Of a DNA stretch of 64,000 nt, positions 9,178-17,058 are shown one piece after another. Source of the DNA: Pseudomonadota bacterium (GTDB lineage Bacteria > Myxococcota > JACRCW01 > JAFGSX01); contig JBDRCO010000051.1 in NCBI GenBank assembly GCA_043821645.1, positions 32,001 through 96,000 of the forward strand, given 5' to 3'. The notes beneath the pieces are model-generated. The model ran no database searches. It was not told the DNA's origin and was given only the letters and a program-made list of their open reading frames with translations. Within the stretch, counting starts at the first letter, position 1. Each line of letters starts with the position of its first letter. Both the position numbers and the translations under genes were made by a program.

Positions 9178-10056
9178 CTAGAGATCATCGCTGGCGACGT
9201 CGAGCATGCCGAAATCAAAGCCACCGCCGTCGACGATACCCTCGTCCACATCCTCGGGATCCAGGGGCACGAAGGGCGGTGGGTCAAACGCTCCGGTGCG
9301 AACCGCCGTGTAGCCGGTGACGATCTCCAGCGAGGCACCGACCAGGATGGGGCCAAAGGCGCAGCCCCCCAGGAAACCCAGCTTGACCTTGCCATCCTGG
9401 ATGCCGTCGACGGCTGCACCCTCGGGCCAGGTCACCCGGGCCACCGGCACCCCGGCCTCGGGCGACAGCATGCCAGCGTCCTCGACCACTGGCTCGACGA
9501 TGGTCTCGCCCTCATGGCTGAAGCGGCCACCCGCCACGGAGAGCGCGAGCAGCGCACACCCCCCCACGCCACTCTGCCCGGCGCCGCGCGCACCGGCACC
9601 GAGGACCAGCCCGAACTCATCGCGGGCATTGACCAGCCCGGCCACCACGCCGGCCTTCTGCCCCGCGGGGAGCTCGTGTAGCCGGTTGTCGACGACGTTG
9701 ACGACGTGGGAGTTGGGGACCTTGGCCTCGATGCTCGGTTGGTGGATCGAGACCTTGTTCCACATGGTCTCCGACGGGCACTGCACCTCCTCGCGCCCGC
9801 AGAAATCACCGAGGTCGAGGGTGATGGGCTGCCCGCCGGCCCCGGCTCCCTGCCAGGTAGCCACACCGCCCGGGCCGGACACCGTCGTGGTGTGCACAGC
9901 CGCACCGATCTTGAGCGTCAGCTCCAGGATGTTGTCGAAGGTCACGTCGTAATTGCCGCTGACATCGGAGGCGGGATCCTTATCAGGACACCCCAGCATG
10001 AGCACGCAGGCTGCCCCCAGAACGAGCCAACGAAGGAAGCACACCCGTGTTGTCAT
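9178..10056 (-). CDS. Hypothetical Cys-containing lipoprotein
   Basis: GGAGG RBS, MTTRVCFLRWLVLGAACVLMLGC lipobox, beta-rich body with several Cys, and an acidic tail. Confidence 0.7.
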   Translation of the reverse strand: MTTRVCFLRWLVLGAACVLMLGCPDKDPASDVSGNYDVTFDNILELTLKIGAAVHTTTVSGPGGVATWQGAGAGGQPITLDLGDFCGREEVQCPSETMWNKVSIHQPSIEAKVPNSHVVNVVDNRLHELPAGQKAGVVAGLVNARDEFGLVLGAGARGAGQSGVGGCALLALSVAGGRFSHEGETIVEPVVEDAGMLSPEAGVPVARVTWPEGAAVDGIQDGKVKLGFLGGCAFGPILVGASLEIVTGYTAVRTGAFDPPPFVPLDPEDVDEGIVDGGGFDFGMLDVASDDL

Positions 10057-10238
10057 CCCGCCCTCCTTGTTCTCGACTCCCCGCACCGCCCGGCGGCATC
10101 CGGATCCGGCGGGCCGCGACCATCGCAGCCCGTCGCATTGTAGCGCGAGTCGCTCATGCCTCCCAGCGACCCAGGATTTCTGCGCCGGCGCACGGCATGG
10201 GCCTGGCCATCGGGGCCCGGGCTGTGTAGAGAGAATCC

Positions 10239-11069
10239 ATGGTCGATCTCCTCGACACCACACCTGGCGTTTTCGGCCTGCTGTTCCTGGTCGCACTGCT
10301 GATCTCGACCAGTGGCTTTGTCCGGGTCGTGTACTTCGTGAGTGTCGGCTACGCCTTCTCCATCGCCGCCATGGTGCCGATCAGCCTCTGGCTCTACCGA
10401 TCCAGCCTCGACCTCGCGGGCCTGGTGCAGGCTGCGGCAGTCCTGTTCTACGGCCTGCGCCTGGGCCTGTTCTTGCTCGTCCGGGAACGCAGCCCGGCCT
10501 ACAAGCGCGAGCTCGTCGACATCCAGCAACGAGGCCAGCACGTGCGTGGCCTGCTGCGGCTCGTGGTGTGGGTCGGAGTCGCGCTGCTCTACCCCCTGAT
10601 GTTCACGCCAACCTTGTTCGTGCTCGCCGCGACGCGAGACAATCCCGGCACGACGACCAGCGCCTGGCAGTGGTCGGGCATCGCCATCCTGGTCGCGGGC
10701 CTGGCACTGGAGTCCCTCTCGGATCGCCAGAAGTCTCGATTCAAGCAGCAGCACCCGGACCGCTTCTGCGACGTGGGTCTGTTCCGCCTGGTGCGCTGCC
10801 CCAACTACCTTGGCGAGATCGTGTTCTGGATCGGTCACTGGATCGCCGGAATAGCGGTCTACGTGTTGTGGCTGCACTGGCTGGCGAGCCTGGCAGGCCT
10901 GGTCTGCATCGTCCTCGTCATGCTGGGCTCGACGCGTCGCCTCGAGCTCAAGCAGGACGAGCGCTACGGTGACGACGAGAGCTACCGGGCCTACACGAAG
11001 ACCGTGCCCGTGTTGCTGCCACTTGTTCCCGTGTATTCGTTGCGAAACTGGAAGATCTACCTGGGCTAG
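10239..11069 (+). CDS. DUF1295 / steroid 5-alpha-reductase-like membrane protein
   Basis: Polytopic, with ESLSDRQKSRFK, GLFRLVRCPNYLGEIVFW and YRAYTKTVPVLLP. Confidence 0.85.
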   Translation: MVDLLDTTPGVFGLLFLVALLISTSGFVRVVYFVSVGYAFSIAAMVPISLWLYRSSLDLAGLVQAAAVLFYGLRLGLFLLVRERSPAYKRELVDIQQRGQHVRGLLRLVVWVGVALLYPLMFTPTLFVLAATRDNPGTTTSAWQWSGIAILVAGLALESLSDRQKSRFKQQHPDRFCDVGLFRLVRCPNYLGEIVFWIGHWIAGIAVYVLWLHWLASLAGLVCIVLVMLGSTRRLELKQDERYGDDESYRAYTKTVPVLLPLVPVYSLRNWKIYLG

Positions 11070-11099
11070 GCGCGTCCCTGGCCGTGCCGCGTCGTTCGA

Positions 11100-13010
11100 T
11101 CAGCGCTGAATCTTGTCCGTGATCGGAATGGGCTCGGTGGGGCTACCATCGAAGGCCGAGCGCCTCTCCTCGAGCTCGGCCGCATCCGCGACCCGGGCTC
11201 GGCGCAGGGCGTTCATGAAGTCCTCCTCGCTGGGCGGCTCGTGGTCAGGCTGCAGGCGTTCCAGGTGCCGCGCCAGCTCGGCGCGCGCGCGCTGCCACAC
11301 CGGGTCAAAGGCATCGGCGGTATCGACCACCAGGTGAAAGATCACCGGCGCGGGCTGTCCTGGCCCGTACACGCCGGGCCGAAACAGCGTCACATCCCAG
11401 CAGTAGCTGGTGGCCTGGTTGGCCTGGCCGGGCTCGCGCACGATGGTGTACAGCGCCTCGTCGATCTGCTCCGACAGGTCGGCGATGCGGTAGTAGCCCG
11501 GACCCTCCTCTGTGCCGTCGTCTCCCGAGGCGTGGCCTCGCTCCTCGTCGCCAAAGCGCTCGTCACCGGACTTCGAGTTGCCCGTGTCGCGCTCGGTGGC
11601 GTCGGGTTCCTCGTGGGCCCCCGCGCCATCGCTCCCGCTGCTCTCGCGCACCGTGCTGGCCAGGGCCAGGCCAAGTTGATCGGTGCGACCCGCGCCCTCG
11701 CCGGGCGTCTCGCCCACGCCCTGGGCGGCCGGCGAGGAAGCGCGAGGATCCGCGATGCCGCGGCCACTCGGGTCCTGCGTACCCAGAGTTGCGGCGCTGC
11801 GCGCCTGCTCGGTGCTGGCCGCGGTGGTGGACGCAGCCATGGGAGCCGCCGTGTTCAGCGGTGCCCGCGTGGCGGGTGCCGACGGTGCGGGCCGAGCCTG
11901 GACGTCGGCGCGCGGGGTGGATTCGACGGGGGACCGGCGCTCGCTGTGCGCCGTCGAGGCACTCGTGTTGTCCAGGCCGCGCCTGGGGACCACCCGCTCA
12001 AGGCGAGTGGTCTCGGTGCGCGGTGGGGCTTGCTCGGGCACGATCTCGCGCGGTGGTGGCGCGCGTCGCGTCGCCGGATCAGCCGGCGCGCCCTGGCTGC
12101 TCGAACCGGCCACACTGCTGCGGGCTGCCGCCTCGGCCGCGTGCTCGGCCTCTCCCGGCGCCGCGCCCGACGATCCGCCACCGGTCAGGGAGCCCGCACC
12201 GAGTTCCCTTCGCAACAAACCTGCCGCCAGCGACAGCTTCACGTCCTTGTCCTGCTGCGCCTGCTGCGTGTGCTGGGCTTGCTGCGCCTGCTGGGCCTGG
12301 CGCGTCTGCTGGGTCTGCTGGGCTTCGCGCGCGGTGGCCGCGTCGAGCCCCGCCCTGGCCACCTTGACCTCACGCGCCGGTCGAGGCTCGCGCGACCGCA
12401 AGCCCTCGACGTTGGTGGGCTCGCGCCGGCCGCGGGCAGCCGCGTCCTGCTCGGGCTGGCGGTCATAGACATCCTTGGCCGTGCGCACCGGGGGCGGCGC
12501 CTTCTGCGCGTTCTCGGTCGACGTCGCAGGCACGCGCTCGGCGTTGACCAGTCCGCGCCTGGCCAGCTCGCCCAGGGTGTCGCGATCCAGGTTGCCTGTC
12601 TGTGGCAAGCCCGTGCGCTCCTGCAGCGACGTGATGGCCTGACGAAGGTTGGCGCTCAGCTCGGGCAAGCTGGCAGTGCCCGCCTCCAGGCCGGGCGGGA
12701 CCTGGGTGCCGAGCTGCGTGTGAAGATCGCTGGTCAGCTGGCGCATGGCGGGTGCGGGCGACTCGCCAGGGCGCACCAGACCCGACTGGTTGAGGCCCTG
12801 CCCAAGGTCGTGCGGCACACCGTCCACACGTCCAGGTGACTGTGCGTGCTCGGGACCGCGCCCTGGAGAGTTCGCCTGCGATGGGCCGTGCCCCTGCGAA
12901 TTCGCGTGCTCGGCACCGCGCCCGGGCGAGGCGCCGCCCGTGTGCTTGGCGTGACCTGGTGGAATGCGAGTCGCCACCCACCCTCCGAACCGGACGCGCA
13001 GCGCCCGCAC
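11100..13010 (-). CDS. Low-complexity protein with a peptidoglycan-binding-like motif and a globular C-terminal domain
   Basis: LRQAITSLQERTGLPQTGNLDRDTL resembles PG_binding_1. It also has His/Gly/Pro repeats, a Gln-rich tract, and an ordered C-terminus (WDVTLFRPGVYGPGQP). Start uncertain. Confidence 0.55.
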   Translation of the reverse strand: MRALRVRFGGWVATRIPPGHAKHTGGASPGRGAEHANSQGHGPSQANSPGRGPEHAQSPGRVDGVPHDLGQGLNQSGLVRPGESPAPAMRQLTSDLHTQLGTQVPPGLEAGTASLPELSANLRQAITSLQERTGLPQTGNLDRDTLGELARRGLVNAERVPATSTENAQKAPPPVRTAKDVYDRQPEQDAAARGRREPTNVEGLRSREPRPAREVKVARAGLDAATAREAQQTQQTRQAQQAQQAQHTQQAQQDKDVKLSLAAGLLRRELGAGSLTGGGSSGAAPGEAEHAAEAAARSSVAGSSSQGAPADPATRRAPPPREIVPEQAPPRTETTRLERVVPRRGLDNTSASTAHSERRSPVESTPRADVQARPAPSAPATRAPLNTAAPMAASTTAASTEQARSAATLGTQDPSGRGIADPRASSPAAQGVGETPGEGAGRTDQLGLALASTVRESSGSDGAGAHEEPDATERDTGNSKSGDERFGDEERGHASGDDGTEEGPGYYRIADLSEQIDEALYTIVREPGQANQATSYCWDVTLFRPGVYGPGQPAPVIFHLVVDTADAFDPVWQRARAELARHLERLQPDHEPPSEEDFMNALRRARVADAAELEERRSAFDGSPTEPIPITDKIQR

Positions 13011-13257
13011 CTACATGGTAGGCGGTCCGGAGTGGTCAGGGCAAAGGTTGCTTAGGGGGTCAGGGCGTCTGACCGCTGCTGCGAAGCCCTGGAAGACCGT
13101 ACACCCTCGAATGGGGCACTTCCCCGAAAGGGTTGTTCCGGCGAGGCGAGACGTCACCGAGCCAGGGTCTCCTACCCCTCGCTGTATCGACAAGCCCGCG
13201 CATCTGTCCTATGCAGTGCCTCCGGTCGTCTGCATGCGGCGACCGTCGGAGGTCCTC

Positions 13258-14274
13258 GTGAAGATCGCTCTGTTTGGCAAGGCGGGCGCGGGTACACCGG
13301 AGCTGTTCGCCGCCATCACCGGGAGGGAGGCCAGCGAGCACAAGGGCGCGCGCCCGGCGGCGGTCAAGGTGCCGGACGCCCGGGTCGACGCCCTGGCCGA
13401 GATCTGGAACCCCAAGAAGAAGATCTACGTCGAGGCGACTTTTGTCGACGTCAGTATCGACAGCCTTGGCACCCTGGGAGAGTCCCTCAATGCGGCGGCG
13501 TCTTGCGAGGCCATCATCCAGGTGGCCAGCGCCAGCGCGGCCAGCGGCGGGGATCCCGATCCTCTGCGCGACATCGCGGACCTGGCCAGCGAGTTCGTGC
13601 TGCGTGATCAGATGGTGGTCGAAAAGCGCCTCGAGCGCATCGTCAAGGCCAACCAGAAGAGTCCGGAGCGCGAGCTGCTCGAGCGCGTCCTCGCCCACCT
13701 GGAGACCGGACAGCCACTGCGCCTGCTCGGCCTCGATGCCGCCCAGCGCGGTGCCATGTCCGGCTATGCCTTCCTCAGTGACAAGCCGCTGCTGGTCGCG
13801 GTCAACGTCGACGAGGATCGAGCCACGGCTCCGGCCTCCGCGGCCGTGATCGACGCCGTGCGGGCCCTGGGCGGCCAGTGCCTCAGTCTGTGCATCTCTC
13901 TCGAGGCCGAAATCGCGCGTCTCGACGAGAGTGAGCAGGTGGGCTTTCTCGAGGAAGCCGGCCTCAAGGAAAGCGCCCGCGCGCGCTTCCTGCGCGCCGC
14001 CTACGAGCTGCTCGACCTGATGACATTCTTGACCATGGGCGAGGACGAGTGCCGGGCCTGGAGCGTGGAGCGCGGTGCCGTGGCGCCCGAGGCGGCTCGA
14101 CGCATCCACTCCGACATCGCCCGCGGCTTCATCCGCGTCGAGGTCATCCCCTACGCCGACTTCATGGAACTCAGGAGCGAGGCCGCCTGTCGAAAGGCCG
14201 GCAAGATGCGCGTCGAGGGCAAGGAGTACATCGTGCAGGAGGGCGACATCCTGCACTTCCGCTTCAATGTGTAG
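13258..14274 (+). CDS. ychF: YchF/Obg-like ATPase family protein (DUF933/TGS domain) with a degenerate P-loop
   Basis: VKVPDARVDALA, KPLLVAVNVDE, TFLTMGEDECRAW, IHSDIARGFIRVEV and EGKEYIVQEGDILHFRFNV. Walker A reads GKAGAGTP. Confidence 0.85.
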   Translation: MKIALFGKAGAGTPELFAAITGREASEHKGARPAAVKVPDARVDALAEIWNPKKKIYVEATFVDVSIDSLGTLGESLNAAASCEAIIQVASASAASGGDPDPLRDIADLASEFVLRDQMVVEKRLERIVKANQKSPERELLERVLAHLETGQPLRLLGLDAAQRGAMSGYAFLSDKPLLVAVNVDEDRATAPASAAVIDAVRALGGQCLSLCISLEAEIARLDESEQVGFLEEAGLKESARARFLRAAYELLDLMTFLTMGEDECRAWSVERGAVAPEAARRIHSDIARGFIRVEVIPYADFMELRSEAACRKAGKMRVEGKEYIVQEGDILHFRFNV

Positions 14275-14803
14275 CTGCGTCGCCGCCCGAGGCCGGAACG
14301 GCCTGTCCCAGCTCGCGCCCACCCTCGACCAGCAGGGTCTCCAGGGGGCCCTGCCCCTGCTTGAGCACGCGCGCCACCACCGAGCCCGTGGCAGGCTCGA
14401 TCAGACGCAGCCGCACCATGGTGGTGGTGCCCAGGTTTCCGACGCCGCCCGACGCAAGGTAGCGAACCTCGCCCAGCTCCTGGCGAACCCGCTCCAGGCA
14501 GGCATCGCTGTCGCAGGCCGCCAGCAGCTCGTCCTGTTCACGCTTGAGCACGATTTTGGCGCGGCCAACCTCGCGCATGCCGCGCTGCACGAACAGGGTG
14601 TGCGCGGCCATGGCCTCGGCGTCCGGCCCCTCGAGGTCGGTGAGCAGGACCGTGGGTGCCCCCGCAGGCGGAGCGGGCGGTTGCTGGTAGGTGCCATCGG
14701 CAGTGGCATTCGGCGAGGCCGTCTGCACCTGGGTCTTCTCGGTGGCGCAGGCGCCCAGCAACAGCACAAGGGCGACCACCGGCGCACACAGCACACGCAT
14801 CAT
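14264..14803 (-). CDS. Hypothetical lipoprotein with a CsgG/TolB-N-like domain
   Basis: GGAGG RBS, MMRVLCAPVVALVLLLGAC lipobox, and ACDSDACLERV..YLASGGVGNLG. Confidence 0.65.
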   Translation of the reverse strand: MMRVLCAPVVALVLLLGACATEKTQVQTASPNATADGTYQQPPAPPAGAPTVLLTDLEGPDAEAMAAHTLFVQRGMREVGRAKIVLKREQDELLAACDSDACLERVRQELGEVRYLASGGVGNLGTTTMVRLRLIEPATGSVVARVLKQGQGPLETLLVEGGRELGQAVPASGGDAATH

Positions 14804-14839
14804 GTCCGTCCTCCTTGGCTCGCGGGCCTGCTCCTGCTG

Positions 14840-15772
14840 GTGCTCGGCCTGGCACTGAGCGGGTGCCCCAGCATAGCGCGTTCCCCGCGGCCGACCCAAG
14901 CGGCCCCCCGCGCTGCGTGGTTCACCGTCGAGGGACCGGCGGCAGACTCCGCCATGCAGCACCTGGTCGAGGACATGGCGGCCGCAGCCCTGCGCGACGT
15001 GGCGACGTGGGGGCGTCTCGAGGTCCCTGTGCGCATCGTGCTACATCCGGATCACGAGGCCCTGGAACGTGCGATCGGCCGTCACGGCTTGCCGTGGCTG
15101 CGCGCCTGGGCACAGTACAGTCGCATCGACCTGCAGTCGCCGGCCACCTTTGGCTACCGCGACCCGCGGCCGGCCCTACGCGAGCTGCTGGCCCACGAGC
15201 TGACCCACGTGTGGATGTACCAGCACATCGGTACGCCGGAAACCTGGAGCCAGGTATGGGTGCCCTTCTGGTTTCGCGAGGGCATGGCCTCGTGGACCTC
15301 CAAGCAAGGGTACCGCCGGGGCAACCTCGCGTCGCTCGGACAGCGTCTGGCTGCCCTCGACGGCGCGATCGATCCCCTCCTCGACGGCGAAACCTTGACG
15401 CGGATCGATCAGCCTCTGGCCTACGGCGCTGCGCACTGGGGCTTCGATCGCGTGGTGGCGGAGACGGGCGAGGACGCCGTGCGTGCCCTGCTCGAAGATC
15501 TGCGCTCCGCCGTCGATTGCGCCCCGCCTGCGAACCCGCCCGCGGGCGACGAGCCCCAGCGCCCCGTCAGCGGCGATGGCCGCACGGCTCAGACCCGCGC
15601 TGGGTCGGGTACCGGCGACGTGGACTGCAGCTCAGAGAGCACCCGTTTTGGCAGGGCCTTCGAGCACCGGCTGGGTGAGAGCGAGGTGCTGTTCGCGATC
15701 CGATTTCGCCGGGATCTGCTCGAGGCCGCACACCCGAGCCCCACGGCGGAACCGATCCCGGGTATTCCCTGA
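14840..15772 (+). CDS. Gluzincin-type zinc metallopeptidase (peptidase MA-like), probable lipoprotein
   Basis: LAHELTHVW (HExxH) with downstream WFREGMAS (third ligand Glu), and an LALSGC lipobox. Start uncertain; GTG 14840 used. Confidence 0.7.
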   Translation: MLGLALSGCPSIARSPRPTQAAPRAAWFTVEGPAADSAMQHLVEDMAAAALRDVATWGRLEVPVRIVLHPDHEALERAIGRHGLPWLRAWAQYSRIDLQSPATFGYRDPRPALRELLAHELTHVWMYQHIGTPETWSQVWVPFWFREGMASWTSKQGYRRGNLASLGQRLAALDGAIDPLLDGETLTRIDQPLAYGAAHWGFDRVVAETGEDAVRALLEDLRSAVDCAPPANPPAGDEPQRPVSGDGRTAQTRAGSGTGDVDCSSESTRFGRAFEHRLGESEVLFAIRFRRDLLEAAHPSPTAEPIPGIP

Positions 15773-15786
15773 GACAAGGACAGGCA

Positions 15787-16917
15787 CTACAGCCTGGGAA
15801 ACTCCAGCCGCCCACGCATGCCGCGCTCGAGCCGCTCGCGCTCACGGGCGCGCTGGCGAGACTTGTAGCGATGGTGCGCCGCGTCTCCCCTGTCGTTCTG
15901 GCGCGCCGTCTCGGCGTCGATCACCTGGAACTCGGCGAGGGCGAACACCGATCGACCCAGATTCTCGCCGTCACCGAGCTGGGCCAGCAGCGCGTCCGGA
16001 ACCACCAGGGGCACGTCGGCCACGAAGTTGATGACCCGGTACAGGCTGCCCGAGAACTCGTTGCGCGGCCCCTCGGCACGACGGCGCTCCTCGAAGTTGA
16101 CGTCGATCTGCAGCCTCGATTCGTAGGCTCGATACAGCGGATGGCTGCGCAACAGCGACGTGAAGTCGATGAGATCATTCTGGGTCTGGTTGGGGACCAG
16201 GTAGTTGAAGGGCACCAGGTGCTGACACAGGTAGCGGATGGTGGGCACCAGATCGCCCTGCTCGGCCACGACGAAGCGAAAGCGAACCCGGTCGTAGATC
16301 TCCACCGCCAAGTTGTCGCGCTTGACCAGGAGCTTGGCGATCAGGGAGTCCCTCCGCTTCTGCCCACCCGTGAAATCGAGCACAGGAAAGCCGAGCCGGC
16401 GCATCGCATCCGCCGTCGCCTCGACCCGTTGCACCAGCATGCCATTGACCGTGGCGTCGGAGATGGGCAGCCGGAAGCGCAACTCCCGGGCATTGACGTG
16501 ATGGGTGATGTGCATGACCTTGAGCAGGATGCAGGAGTACATGCGGTGCCGGCGCGTGCCCATGGCCTCGGAGGCGTACAGCGGCAGATCGAACAGCTCG
16601 CAGTGCTGTATCTCGTCGGGAATCTTGTAGCCGTGCACCCGCGTCAAGTAGTCGACAGCGCTTGTGCGCAGCTGCTCGAGGTACTCCCGGTCCCGGGCAT
16701 CCTCGACGTCGAAGCCTTGCAGCCGGGCAAAGGCCTCGACCTCGTCCTCGCGCTCGAAGTTGAGCCTGTACCAGTCGATGGCCGAACCACCGCGCAGCAC
16801 GAGGCGTACCTGTTCCAGCTCACCCAGCGACAGCGCCTCGTAGCGCAGGGCGGCATAGGCGGCCACCGAGCGCCCGCGCTCGAGCTCCCCAAATGGTTCG
16901 CGTGGCCGATTCGACAT
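15787..16917 (-). CDS. TIGR04552-like myxobacterial protein (RelA/SpoT-like nucleotidyltransferase fold suspected)
   Basis: LVLRGGSAIDWYRL, LLKVMHITHH, KRRDSLIAKLLVK, IYDRVRFR, NEFSGSLYRVINFV, EFQVID and HHRYKSRQ. Confidence 0.7.
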   Translation of the reverse strand: MSNRPREPFGELERGRSVAAYAALRYEALSLGELEQVRLVLRGGSAIDWYRLNFEREDEVEAFARLQGFDVEDARDREYLEQLRTSAVDYLTRVHGYKIPDEIQHCELFDLPLYASEAMGTRRHRMYSCILLKVMHITHHVNARELRFRLPISDATVNGMLVQRVEATADAMRRLGFPVLDFTGGQKRRDSLIAKLLVKRDNLAVEIYDRVRFRFVVAEQGDLVPTIRYLCQHLVPFNYLVPNQTQNDLIDFTSLLRSHPLYRAYESRLQIDVNFEERRRAEGPRNEFSGSLYRVINFVADVPLVVPDALLAQLGDGENLGRSVFALAEFQVIDAETARQNDRGDAAHHRYKSRQRARERERLERGMRGRLEFPRL

Positions 16918-17058
16918 GCTCGCCCCACCACTTGTCGGTCCGTCCCCGAAGGACGGTGGATCCCCGGACCCGCCGACCAGGTACCCCGATGCGGCCTTAT
17001 GCCAGAGCTTCCAGCCCGTGGCCAGTGCCCCGCGTGGGGGACAATGAGATGGGAAAAT

